IMG/VR virus record: IMGVR_UViG_3300027734_000050
Location: 1 to 64,000 of that record
From: a virus
Lineage: Duplodnaviria; Heunggongvirae; Uroviricota; Caudoviricetes
DNA length: 64,000 nucleotides
Direction: 5' to 3' (one strand)
Part shown: positions 32,144-41,747 of the stretch, piece after piece
Numbering within the stretch: the stretch's first letter is position 1
How the letters are laid out: every line of letters starts with the position of its first letter
Program-made: the position numbers and the translations under genes
Notes under the pieces: generated by a model
The model's input: the letters and a program-made list of their open reading frames with translations, nothing else
The model's database searches: none
Told to the model about the DNA's origin: nothing

Positions 32144-33454
32144 ATGGCAATTAAAGGTCACACGGCAGACACCAAAGACAACAAGTTCAAAGATCTTGTG
32201 GGTCCCAAGGACATGAAACTGGACGGCATTGTGCGTGAGAAACTGATCACTGCCCGTGTGGGGCTGTTGCTCAAGGCCAGTTTCTTTGGCAATCTTGCTA
32301 CTCGCTTGAAACTGATCAATGCGGACGAATGGTGTGCTACTGCCGCAACAGACGGTAGAAACTTCTATTACAACACCCGCTTCATCCAACTGCTCAAGCC
32401 CAAGGAGATTGAATTCCTGTTTGGTCACGAAGTGTTGCATTGTGTTTATGACCACTTTGGTCGTCGAGGCGAACGCGAACCGCAGATCTGGAACGTCGCT
32501 AACGACTTCTGCGTGAACGCAGACTTGAAGGAACACGGCGTAGGCGAGTTCATCACTTCAGTGCCGTGCCTGTATGATCGCAAGTATAACGGTTGGAGTT
32601 CAGAAAAGGTCTACGATGACTTGATGAAGAATGCCAAGAAGATCAATCTGAGCGACTTGTTGGACCAGATGATCGACGAGCACTTGGATGGTGAAGGTGA
32701 CGACGAGAGCGAAGGTGGTGGTAAAGATGATGGTGAAGAAGTTGACGGCAGTGGCAAGAGCAAAGGCAAAGGTCGTCCCAAGATTTCCGATGAAGAACGC
32801 AGAGCCATCCGCGACGAGATCAAGGAAGCCATGCTGGCAGCAGCCGCCACAGTAGATGGTGCTGGCAACATTCCACTAGGTGTTCAGCGTCTTATCAAAG
32901 AGATGACTGAACCCAAGATGAACTGGCGCGAACTGTTGCGTATGAACTTGGAGAGCACTATCAAGAGTGACTACACTTGGATGCGAGCCAGTCGACGCGG
33001 TTGGCACATGGATGCGGTCATGCCTGGCATGAAGCCCGATGAGATGATTGATATCGCTCTTGCGATTGACGCTTCGGGCAGTATGGACGAAGGTATGCTC
33101 AAGGATATCTTGAGCGAAGTTCAAGGTATCATGGATTCGTTTCCTGTATACAAAATCCATGTGGTTTCGTTTGATACCCAAACATACAATCCGCAACAAT
33201 ACGATTCGGACAACTTGGACAGTATTGTTGATTACGAAGTGCAAGGCGGTGGTGGTACTAGCTTTGAATGCTTTTACGAGTATTTCAAAGAAAACGACAT
33301 CACTCCGCATCGCTTGGTAGTGTTCACAGACGGTTACCCTGGTGGTTCATGGGGTGATGAGAACTTCTGTGAAGTCACTTGGATCTTGCATGGCACTACT
33401 ACGATTGAGCCACCGTTTGGTACTTGGGCTTACTACGAAGAAGCAGACAAATAA
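32144..33454 (+). CDS. vWA-domain protein with N-terminal HExxH metallopeptidase-like domain (MoxR partner)
   Basis: HEVLHCVYDH at about residue 105. An acidic linker follows. vWA MIDAS motif DASGSM at about residue 290. Confidence 0.65.
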   Translation: MAIKGHTADTKDNKFKDLVGPKDMKLDGIVREKLITARVGLLLKASFFGNLATRLKLINADEWCATAATDGRNFYYNTRFIQLLKPKEIEFLFGHEVLHCVYDHFGRRGEREPQIWNVANDFCVNADLKEHGVGEFITSVPCLYDRKYNGWSSEKVYDDLMKNAKKINLSDLLDQMIDEHLDGEGDDESEGGGKDDGEEVDGSGKSKGKGRPKISDEERRAIRDEIKEAMLAAAATVDGAGNIPLGVQRLIKEMTEPKMNWRELLRMNLESTIKSDYTWMRASRRGWHMDAVMPGMKPDEMIDIALAIDASGSMDEGMLKDILSEVQGIMDSFPVYKIHVVSFDTQTYNPQQYDSDNLDSIVDYEVQGGGGTSFECFYEYFKENDITPHRLVVFTDGYPGGSWGDENFCEVTWILHGTTTIEPPFGTWAYYEEADK

Positions 33455-33474
33455 ACTCAACGAGTTTGTCCAAA

Positions 33475-33510
33475 ACACCCTGAGAAATTTATCTCAGGGT
33501 GTTTTCTTTT
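33475..33510 (+). terminator. rho-independent terminator (acaccctgaga-aattta-tctcagggtgt followed by T-run)
   Basis: 11-bp perfect stem followed by tttcttttg. Confidence 0.75.
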
Positions 33511-33756
33511 GTAAATATCTGTATGGAAAATAACGACACTCAACTCACAATCAACGACATCGCCATGACCCGCGATGTGATCGACCTTGCTTGCAAGCGC
33601 GGTGCCTTCAGTGGTGCCGAGGCCAAACAGGTTGGAACCTTATTTGAAAAACTGGATCAGTTTATCAAGGCTGCATTAGCACAGGCTGAAGCAGAAAAGC
33701 AGGCCGATGCTGGGGTGCCAGAATCAGCCACCGCGCCAGAAACTCAAGGAGAATAA
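33499..33756 (+). CDS. hypothetical protein (85 aa)
   Basis: ORF after the terminator. Acidic C-terminus. Confidence 0.4.
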   Translation: MFSFVNICMENNDTQLTINDIAMTRDVIDLACKRGAFSGAEAKQVGTLFEKLDQFIKAALAQAEAEKQADAGVPESATAPETQGE

Positions 33757-33757
33757 C

Positions 33758-34516
33758 ATGGCATTTTTAAAACACATTGGTAAGCATGCTGACCGTAAAG
33801 TGGCAGTGATCTTTAGACAGATTCCCGGAGACGATCACATGTGTCTGTGTATCTATCCAGACCTGTTACCTATCAACTTACACGATCCGTTAATGAAGGT
33901 ATTAGAAAGCCCAGTAGGCCAAAATGCCGAAGAGTTTGCTGATGCATTGAATCGTAACATCTTCCCAGATGGTCGTAACATGTTGCAGACCTTGCACACA
34001 GAGCGATTGATGAAGCGTGTGCAGACTGAACAGATCTTGATGACACCAACATTGCAAAGCAATGTTCGTCTCAGCGAACTCAACAAGATTCTTAACGAGA
34101 TGAAGAAGGGCGAAGATGCTGTTCGCAAGATGGCCGAATTGGATGGTGCTCGCGGCATGGTTGATCCTAAGACCAAGCGAGCCGCTGAAGCCGCTTACAA
34201 AGCCGGACAACAATCCCCTCGTAGTACAGTAGAAGCAGGATATACTTCAGCACCCACAGATGGTGCCTTAGATGATCGTGCTATTGCTGCCAACATGCTC
34301 ACACAGGCTGTGAAGATGCACAACGAAGCCACTTCACTGATCAATGAAGCAGCAAGAATGAAGAAAGAAGCAGAGAGAATGTTCCCGGGTGTGAAGATGA
34401 TGGACCTGCCTAAGATGGCACCAATCCCACAGGTGGAAACAGAAGCACCAGCCGCTCCAGTAGTGAAACGAGGCCGCCCGGCCAAGGCTAAGGCTGCTGC
34501 TCATGCCACTGAGTGA
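33758..34516 (+). CDS. hypothetical coiled-coil protein with C-terminal AT-hook-like KRGRPAKAK
   Basis: RBS AAGGAGAATAAC precedes the ATG at 33758. Confidence 0.5.
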   Translation: MAFLKHIGKHADRKVAVIFRQIPGDDHMCLCIYPDLLPINLHDPLMKVLESPVGQNAEEFADALNRNIFPDGRNMLQTLHTERLMKRVQTEQILMTPTLQSNVRLSELNKILNEMKKGEDAVRKMAELDGARGMVDPKTKRAAEAAYKAGQQSPRSTVEAGYTSAPTDGALDDRAIAANMLTQAVKMHNEATSLINEAARMKKEAERMFPGVKMMDLPKMAPIPQVETEAPAAPVVKRGRPAKAKAAAHATE

Positions 34517-34805
34517 AGAGTTTCTTGCCAAGTGGGATCACATAATCTCTGAGGTCGAGAAGACTCAGGTTCCGTTGAAATGTATCAACAAGATGGTCAT
34601 CCGCATTGTCGGGGGCAAACAGAAGACCATCAATCTCTCTAGACTAAGACGAGACGGACTTGATGACGACGAGATTGAAGAGATCATGAATAGAAATCTC
34701 CATATCCTTGGTGAATCAGTGAACAACATTGATTTCATATTAGACGTTAACACTGTGGCTGGAATCATACAACCGGCCACAGACAAATTATTGAAAAGTT
34801 TATGA
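34503..34805 (+). CDS. hypothetical protein (100 aa)
   Basis: ORF overlapping the upstream stop. Confidence 0.45.
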   Translation: MPLSEEFLAKWDHIISEVEKTQVPLKCINKMVIRIVGGKQKTINLSRLRRDGLDDDEIEEIMNRNLHILGESVNNIDFILDVNTVAGIIQPATDKLLKSL

Positions 34806-35470
34806 ATGTTAAATTACTCAGTCACAGCCAACCAACTCCAGAATTTGCAGAACTGGGCATCCATGATGCACAAGAACTCATCGCGTATTGCGCCCGTGTC
34901 AGCAATCCCAGCAATCAACTCAACACAGAAACATCAGAACGACTCATCCGATACCTGGTCAAACACCAACACTGGAGCCCACTGGAAATGGTCTCTGCCT
35001 GCTTGGAAATCACAACCACTAGAGACATTGCCCGACAAATCTTACGGCACAGAAGTTTCTCATTCCAGGAGTTCAGCCAACGCTACGCTGACCCAACGCA
35101 GGATCTCAGTTTCGTACGGCGGGCTGCTAGACTCCAAGACACCAAGAATAGACAAAACAGCATAGAGACCAGCAACGAAGATCTCGCACTATGGTGGGAT
35201 AGTGCCCAACAAGAGATTATCGATCTAGCACGGAAGCATTATGCCCGTGCCATTGAACTGGGTATTGCTAAAGAACAAGCTAGGGCTATCTTGCCCGAAG
35301 GTAATACGGTCAGCAAACTATACATGAATGGTACCCTGAGATCATGGATCCACTTCCTCGAACTACGAAGTGCCAATGGTACACAAAAAGAGCATCAAGA
35401 AGTTGCTGTGGCCTGTGCTCAAGTTATCGCACAAATTTTCCCGATGGCAGCAGACTTGGTTGCAAAGTAG
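34802..35470 (+). CDS. thyX: flavin-dependent thymidylate synthase ThyX
   Basis: The ThyX signature RHRSFSFQEFSQRY (RHRx7S) is present. Length 222 aa is typical for ThyX. Confidence 0.8.
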   Translation: MNVKLLSHSQPTPEFAELGIHDAQELIAYCARVSNPSNQLNTETSERLIRYLVKHQHWSPLEMVSACLEITTTRDIARQILRHRSFSFQEFSQRYADPTQDLSFVRRAARLQDTKNRQNSIETSNEDLALWWDSAQQEIIDLARKHYARAIELGIAKEQARAILPEGNTVSKLYMNGTLRSWIHFLELRSANGTQKEHQEVAVACAQVIAQIFPMAADLVAK

Positions 35471-35493
35471 AAGTCGATCTGCTATACTAGTGT

Positions 35494-35841
35494 ATGGCTA
35501 AACTAATGAGAGATCTCGATCGAGAACGAGATCACAACCAACACGCCAGAGGTCCGGAATGCATGATCATCAATGATCAGGTAGTAAAAGTTTCGGACAT
35601 GGTGGTGCATAGATTCCGCATGGGAGATGTTGAAGATCCTGTGCTGTATGCTGCTCAACCTATACATGCGTGGCAACAGACTGAAGCAGGTAAATTCGTG
35701 ATGGAATGTGCTTTAGAATCCCCTTGGTGGGTGCGGCACATGGATCCGATGGACTACGGATATCAGTTTGCCATCGTGGCCCGCATGAAAGAATCCGATC
35801 AAACTTTTTACACACTAAAATATGTTGGCACCACGAATTGA
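35494..35841 (+). CDS. hypothetical protein (115 aa)
   Basis: ORF after promoter TTGCAA-17-TATACT. Confidence 0.45.
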   Translation: MAKLMRDLDRERDHNQHARGPECMIINDQVVKVSDMVVHRFRMGDVEDPVLYAAQPIHAWQQTEAGKFVMECALESPWWVRHMDPMDYGYQFAIVARMKESDQTFYTLKYVGTTN

Positions 35842-36094
35842 ATTCTTAGACGCAGTAGAAGTCCCATACCGCACTGTAAGAAAACTGGTATGGAACGGCA
35901 CAGAATTTGTGCCTATACTGGTGTATAGGATACAAGGACATCTCAAGGACGAAGTGCATCAGTGGTTACGAAACACTTACGGACCGCGAGGGCAATATCT
36001 AAATGGTCGTCATTGGGATCATTACGAGGGGAAATTTACTGTGATGGACGAACAGGTGTATATGTTCTACAAATTGAAATGGGAGAGAGGATGA
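35822..36094 (+). CDS. hypothetical protein (90 aa)
   Basis: ORF. Its stop overlaps the next start as ATGA. Confidence 0.4.
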   Translation: MLAPRIEFLDAVEVPYRTVRKLVWNGTEFVPILVYRIQGHLKDEVHQWLRNTYGPRGQYLNGRHWDHYEGKFTVMDEQVYMFYKLKWERG

Positions 36095-37056
36095 AAATAT
36101 TAGTCACAGGCGGGCTTGGCTTAATCGGACACAATGTAGTCAAACGCCTACAAGAACAAGGCCACACCGCATCCATCATCGATAATCGTACCACATACGG
36201 AATAATTCCACAGGCAGAACTTGACTACTTGATGACCGAGAGATTGAAAAAGATTAAGTTATCACCATCGCACTTGTATAATCGAGACATCTGTGATAGA
36301 GAATCCATTGACGACATATTTGAGATTGAGCAGCCCGATGTAGTGATACACATGGCGTCATTTCCACGACAAAAAGTCGTGAATGCCGACCCTGCATGGG
36401 GGTCTCGTGTGATGATGGAAGGGTTGATCAATGTGCTCGAAAGTGCCAAAAAACACAAAGTAAACCGAGTTGTGTATATTTCCAGCTCAATGGTGTATGG
36501 TGACTTCACAGATGATGTCACTGAAGACGCTGTATGTAGGCCGCAAGGCCAATACGGTATTATGAAACTTGCAGGAGAAAACCTTGTTAAAGACTATGCT
36601 CGCCGTGGTTGTTTTGATCACGTTATTATCCGTCCCAGTGCTGTTTATGGGCCGCTCGATGTGGAAGACCGAGTTGTCTCCAAATTCATGCTCACAGCAA
36701 TGCGCGGCGGCGTGCTCCGGGTCAACGGATCTAGTGAAACACTAGACTTCACTTATGTGGATGACGCTGCTGATGGTATCGTGGCTGCTGCTACGAGGTT
36801 TGTGGGTGCTTGCCAAACATTTAACATCACAAAAAGTCACAGCGTGAGTCTGCTACAGGCCGCTGGCATGATCATTGAGATTGTTGGTAAAGGATCAATT
36901 GAACTGCGCGACAAGGATGCAGACTTTCCAAGTCGTGGTGCGTTGAATATAGATCTTGCTAGAGCCGTGTTGAAATATGATCCCAAGGTGGATGTTGCAG
37001 AAGGATTTGAGAATTACTATAACTGGTTCACCAACAGTTCGTATTGGAAAACATGA
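36091..37056 (+). CDS. NAD-dependent sugar epimerase/dehydratase (SDR family)
   Basis: N-terminal VTGGLGLIGHNVV is a GxxGxxG Rossmann motif. YxxxK context present. Start at MKILVTGG, RBS GGGAGAGAGG. Confidence 0.7.
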   Translation: MKILVTGGLGLIGHNVVKRLQEQGHTASIIDNRTTYGIIPQAELDYLMTERLKKIKLSPSHLYNRDICDRESIDDIFEIEQPDVVIHMASFPRQKVVNADPAWGSRVMMEGLINVLESAKKHKVNRVVYISSSMVYGDFTDDVTEDAVCRPQGQYGIMKLAGENLVKDYARRGCFDHVIIRPSAVYGPLDVEDRVVSKFMLTAMRGGVLRVNGSSETLDFTYVDDAADGIVAAATRFVGACQTFNITKSHSVSLLQAAGMIIEIVGKGSIELRDKDADFPSRGALNIDLARAVLKYDPKVDVAEGFENYYNWFTNSSYWKT

Positions 37057-38138
37057 ATATACCATTTACAAATTTACACCAGCAATATCTTGATTGCAAA
37101 ACAGAGGTAGATCAGGCCATAGCAAACACTATCGCTAGTAGCAGTTACATCACAGGACCTGATGTTACTGTGTTTGAAGCAGCCATGGCTGAATATGTTG
37201 GTGCTGAAGATTGTGCCAGCACTGGGTCGGGCACCATGGCCCTGATCTGTGCATTACGAGCCGCTGGTGTCGGCCCTGGACATGAAGTGTTAACTACTCC
37301 ACACACTTTTGTAGCCACTACAGAAGCCATTGTCATGGTAGGTGCCCGACCTGTGTTTGTGGACATTGATCCTGCCACACACCTAATGGATTTACACTTG
37401 ATGCTGGCAAGGATCACCTCTAGAACACGAGCAGTGCTTTGGGTAGATATGTATGGACAATGTCCAGATTTGGATCGCATGAAAAAGATCTGTAAATTAA
37501 ACGATCTTGTGATGATTGAGGATGCTGCTCACAGTCTAGGAACACAATGGAAAGGTCAACAAATTGGCAGCATAGCCGATCTCACTTGCTTTAGTTTCAA
37601 TCCGGTGAAGAATCTTGGCGCCATGGGCGATGCTGGTTGTGTGACTGGCAGTCAAGAACTCATGGATCGTGTGCGTATGTATCGAGATCACGGCCGCACA
37701 GGACGCTATGACATAGTAGAACTGGGATACAATGCTAGAATTGACAACATGCAGAGCAACATTGTGCTGGCCAAGTTACCCAAACTGGTGCATTGGATCA
37801 ATCGCAAACGTGCAATCTGCTCTTGGTATGATGAACAGTTGAGTGATATTGTCAAAACCATACATCGAGATCCGCGTGTAGGGCAAGGTCATTATGTGTA
37901 TGTGATACAGACACCACAGCGAGATGCATTGAAACAGTTTTTAGCAGATCGTGGTATCCAGACCAATGTGCATTATGCTACTACCACACATCAACAACCG
38001 GCATATCAAGCATGGTATTCTCCATGTCCTGTAGCAGAGATCACAGTGAAAGAGATTTTAAGCCTGCCTTGTTGGTATAGCATGACTCAAGATCAACTGG
38101 ATCATGTTGTGACCAGCGTCAAGGAGTTTTTTGTATGA
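37044..38138 (+). CDS. DegT/DnrJ/EryC1/StrS-family PLP-dependent sugar aminotransferase
   Basis: The family signature SFNPVKNLGAMGDAG carries the PLP lysine. GYNARID is present. Confidence 0.75.
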   Translation: MENMNIPFTNLHQQYLDCKTEVDQAIANTIASSSYITGPDVTVFEAAMAEYVGAEDCASTGSGTMALICALRAAGVGPGHEVLTTPHTFVATTEAIVMVGARPVFVDIDPATHLMDLHLMLARITSRTRAVLWVDMYGQCPDLDRMKKICKLNDLVMIEDAAHSLGTQWKGQQIGSIADLTCFSFNPVKNLGAMGDAGCVTGSQELMDRVRMYRDHGRTGRYDIVELGYNARIDNMQSNIVLAKLPKLVHWINRKRAICSWYDEQLSDIVKTIHRDPRVGQGHYVYVIQTPQRDALKQFLADRGIQTNVHYATTTHQQPAYQAWYSPCPVAEITVKEILSLPCWYSMTQDQLDHVVTSVKEFFV

Positions 38139-39007
38139 ATATGTGGTTGGTTGGTGCAGGATATTGGGGATCTAAGTTGTTGGAGACCTTGAAGAAGTTT
38201 GATGTGACTGCACAGGTCATCGACATACGCAATGGGCAGACCATTGATGATATCATTTCAAAGGATCCAGTTATGTTGGCCACACCACTGTGGCAGCATC
38301 ACGAGCAGACTGTAAAATTACTACAGCGTGGGCACGATGTGTATGTAGAAAAGCCCATGGCCGAAACCGTGGAAGAAATCGCCGATATACAGAAATATTT
38401 ACAATCTGGACAGTTGCTCATGGTGGGTCATTTGTTTGTGCATCATCCACAGATGCATGAGATCCGTTCTATAATCAATCAAGGTGCGATAGGAAAATTA
38501 CAGCATGTAACCAGTCGTAGATTGAATTGGGGGATCTATCAAACCAAAACAGATCCACTGCTGAGCTTGGCTGTGCATGATATCAGCATACTGTTACAGG
38601 TATGTTCAAATCTTAAAATCACCCAATCTCGGGCATGGAACTATGCCCAAGGACCACAATGCGACCGAGTATCATTCAGCGGGCATGCAGATGGTGTGAC
38701 CTTTGATGTTGATGTGAGTTGGCATTGGCCTGTTCGCACTAGGCAAACTGTGTTCATTGGCACACAGGGACAGATTGTTTGGGATCAAGATGTGAATGCC
38801 GTGACTGTGAAGAAGAATCTGATCATCAACAATCGTGCTGTGGCGGATGAGAATCCAATTGAGATATATCTCAACGGTATCACACCATTAGAAGCCGAGC
38901 TAGAGCATTGGATCGATTGTATACATTCTCGGCAAACACCCAGCAGTGATATCAAGCAGGCTGCCCAGGTGGCTAACATAGTTCAGCAAGTAAAAGACTT
39001 ACTGTAA
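38135..39007 (+). CDS. Gfo/Idh/MocA-family NAD(P)-dependent sugar oxidoreductase
   Basis: N-terminal WLVGAGYWGSKL is a GxGxxG motif. EKPMA motif is typical of this family. Confidence 0.65.
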   Translation: MNMWLVGAGYWGSKLLETLKKFDVTAQVIDIRNGQTIDDIISKDPVMLATPLWQHHEQTVKLLQRGHDVYVEKPMAETVEEIADIQKYLQSGQLLMVGHLFVHHPQMHEIRSIINQGAIGKLQHVTSRRLNWGIYQTKTDPLLSLAVHDISILLQVCSNLKITQSRAWNYAQGPQCDRVSFSGHADGVTFDVDVSWHWPVRTRQTVFIGTQGQIVWDQDVNAVTVKKNLIINNRAVADENPIEIYLNGITPLEAELEHWIDCIHSRQTPSSDIKQAAQVANIVQQVKDLL

Positions 39008-40627
39008 GTCTCCGTAGCGTGACACAAAATACTCACGCAACCATTCCCATCTAAATGACTGTTTAAGAGTTGACAATGCTTGATCACTGGCTTTGAAGAA
39101 CTCTACTCCATCACGAGCACCTTTCAAGCACCATTCAGCATGATTGCCTTGGGCACGAGATAGCCAGGTATTCAATCTGTATTCGCCATCTACAGTGGGT
39201 GATTGCGATTCAAAGTAGGCCAACTTAGCACATTCTCTAAATGCTGTACGCCAGGTGTGGTAAGGAGTTTGATTGAAGTCACCATAACAACTGACCATGG
39301 GCACACTTTCATGAGCAAAACTCAAGGTGTAATCCAATCCAAAGTTCTTTGCCTGATTGAGTTCACGAATACCTTGGCAGTTGTACATCACCACACCCAT
39401 GTGTCCGTATTGTAACCCATTCACTGTGTTGATACAATCGAAGATGTAGTTCTTGGGTTGTTGCATGCGATCGGGCACATAGGAAAAATCAAATTGTTCA
39501 TGCAATCGGGTCTTGGCAAATACTGCGTAATACCAAGGAGTTGAACTGAGATCTGCTGCTGCCTCAAGAGCAGTTTCCATACCTGCCACACCATGCACAC
39601 GCTTGGATCTGGCACATCGTTGTGCTAGTATGTTCCAATTTTGTTCTGCATCAGGTTCATCATAGGATATGAATACCACATCCATCAAGGCATCAACACG
39701 ATCATTACAGTGTGTTTTATCTATGTAGGGATAATCGTATAACTGGGTTTTTATGTAAGGAATCGCTGCCTTGGGCACAATAACACCACCAGCACCCGGA
39801 CTTAATGGAACTATGGTCTTGGTTTTCTCTCTCCATAACGAAACAGCCGGAGGTCTTAGGCCTTGACTGACAGTGTGTCCGGTCGAAAAGATAGCCAACG
39901 GCCCTGCAAAGTCTTGAGTCTGCACAGCATTGACATGGCTATCCAAGTTGTGTTTTATTACGGGCATAGGCCTTCGTGGCACTGATAGGTATTGATCAAC
40001 AAAGTTACAATCATACCAGTCCAACAACTCCACAGTTTCTGCCTTTGCAGCAAAACTAGGCACATGCATGAAGAATGTGTCTCCAAACTTTTGTTCATCG
40101 CTGGCAAACACATGCAGCAGATTGTATTGCCAATGACTAGGGTGCCACGAGAAATCAAAATCAGTGTAATCGCAGATACTAGAGCACACCCAAACAAATT
40201 CATGTTCAGTGGCAATGCTCTTGGCCAATCGGATCAATGTATCTCTGTAGTTGTCGAAGTATCTTACACGGCGAGCAACATTGGGTATCTGTCCTGCTGC
40301 ACCATCCATGTGATCGATCTCGTAGATAGCAGTGGCTAGAGTTCTTGGCAATACCGGAGCAGCATGATAGTTTGTGTCTGTGTAGCCCGCAGTAGGAACA
40401 AGATATGTGCCCGAATCCTGTTGATGTTGGCTGGGCCATGCATGTCGTTGATGTGCTTGCCAAGGTGGAGGTTCATAAAGGAAATCAAAGCCTGTGTAAT
40501 CCACTAAGTATGATACCATCCAGAAGAATCGTGTACGCGATTGCTGTTGTGCTTGCTCAATAGATTCAACCTGTTGCTCATGTGGAAACAGGTTAGGTTT
40601 GGTTCCAATATAAAATATATCAAACAT
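38999..40627 (-). CDS. 542-aa protein of the glycosyltransferase-like paralog family (internally duplicated DYTDFDFSWHPSHWQ module)
   Basis: Duplicated DYT(D/G)FDF...W segments. Shares the VVFISYDEPDAEQNW block with 59956-60906. Convergent 9-nt overlap with 38135-39007. Confidence 0.5.
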   Translation of the reverse strand: MFDIFYIGTKPNLFPHEQQVESIEQAQQQSRTRFFWMVSYLVDYTGFDFLYEPPPWQAHQRHAWPSQHQQDSGTYLVPTAGYTDTNYHAAPVLPRTLATAIYEIDHMDGAAGQIPNVARRVRYFDNYRDTLIRLAKSIATEHEFVWVCSSICDYTDFDFSWHPSHWQYNLLHVFASDEQKFGDTFFMHVPSFAAKAETVELLDWYDCNFVDQYLSVPRRPMPVIKHNLDSHVNAVQTQDFAGPLAIFSTGHTVSQGLRPPAVSLWREKTKTIVPLSPGAGGVIVPKAAIPYIKTQLYDYPYIDKTHCNDRVDALMDVVFISYDEPDAEQNWNILAQRCARSKRVHGVAGMETALEAAADLSSTPWYYAVFAKTRLHEQFDFSYVPDRMQQPKNYIFDCINTVNGLQYGHMGVVMYNCQGIRELNQAKNFGLDYTLSFAHESVPMVSCYGDFNQTPYHTWRTAFRECAKLAYFESQSPTVDGEYRLNTWLSRAQGNHAEWCLKGARDGVEFFKASDQALSTLKQSFRWEWLREYFVSRYGDLQ

Positions 40628-41747
40628 GATTAGGATAGATGAGATTTACGAAAATACATTCTTGCCCTGGGTGAGAAAAAACTTACCTACCACCACTCTT
40701 TACTATCATGATCCTTTTGGGCATAGCGATCCTTCCAGTTTACATTGTAGAAGTTTAAATAATTTGCCACTCGACGATACCAGTTTCATATACTTCTTTG
40801 ATCAAGAACCTTTGATCTTAGATCTACATCAAACAACATTCGACCGTGTGGACCAAAACAACATAGCAAAATTTAAACCTTGTAATAGAAAAACAGGAGC
40901 CATAGTAGTTAGCGAAACTGCCAGTGACAACATAGATTATATATGTAAACAACGAAACTTGCAACCTTTTTATTATTTTTTTCATGGGTGGGCAGCACTA
41001 GACTGGTATCGCGGGTATGATCGAACTTTCCTAATCACTCCATGGACCAAAAGAACAATTCGAAAAACATTCTTCAGTGCCAATCGCATCATTGGTGGGC
41101 TACGACAACATCGTGTGTTAATGTTGTATCACTTTGCCCAGTTAGGATTATTGGATAATTGGATCAGCGCCAGTGCTGTGTGTCCAGTAGAGAATATGCC
41201 CATTGGTGAAATCGCTAAACATTATCAGGAACGATATCCCGACATCGTTGATGTAGTCAATAACATAGAGTTACCTAGACTGTTTCCCGATGAAGATACT
41301 CCTAGAATGAGCAGTTGTTGGTTAGATCAATTTGATCCATGTGCCGAAAGTTTAGTGTATCATGTCACAGAAACTGTGTATACTGGACGTAGATTACAAC
41401 TTACCGAAAAATCATTCAAACCTATTGCCTTGGGTATGCCATTTGTACTGTCAGCCACCGCGGGAAGCCTGGCATATCTAAGAAGTTATGGATTCCAAAC
41501 CTTTTCAGAGGTCTGGGACGAGAGTTACGATCTCGAATCTGACGACTTCTTACGAGCCGAGAAAGTTGCTGCCTTACTAAAACAATTAGATGATCTTTCT
41601 GAACAACAGAAACATGAACTGTTCCAAGCCTGTTGGCCTGTGATTGAACATAACTGGAACTGGTTCTATCGCGGTGAGTTTGAATCAGTACTGTGGACCG
41701 AACTCACCAACATGTTAGATTCAATCAAGGCACATTTAACAGTATGA
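40626..41747 (+). CDS. glycosyltransferase-like paralog family member (373 aa)
   Basis: C-terminal block TEKSFKPIALGMPFV...YLRSYGFQTFSEVWDESYD, shared with 41744, 53211 and 55683. The start codon overlaps the divergent minus-strand start by 2 nt. Confidence 0.5.
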   Translation: MIRIDEIYENTFLPWVRKNLPTTTLYYHDPFGHSDPSSLHCRSLNNLPLDDTSFIYFFDQEPLILDLHQTTFDRVDQNNIAKFKPCNRKTGAIVVSETASDNIDYICKQRNLQPFYYFFHGWAALDWYRGYDRTFLITPWTKRTIRKTFFSANRIIGGLRQHRVLMLYHFAQLGLLDNWISASAVCPVENMPIGEIAKHYQERYPDIVDVVNNIELPRLFPDEDTPRMSSCWLDQFDPCAESLVYHVTETVYTGRRLQLTEKSFKPIALGMPFVLSATAGSLAYLRSYGFQTFSEVWDESYDLESDDFLRAEKVAALLKQLDDLSEQQKHELFQACWPVIEHNWNWFYRGEFESVLWTELTNMLDSIKAHLTV

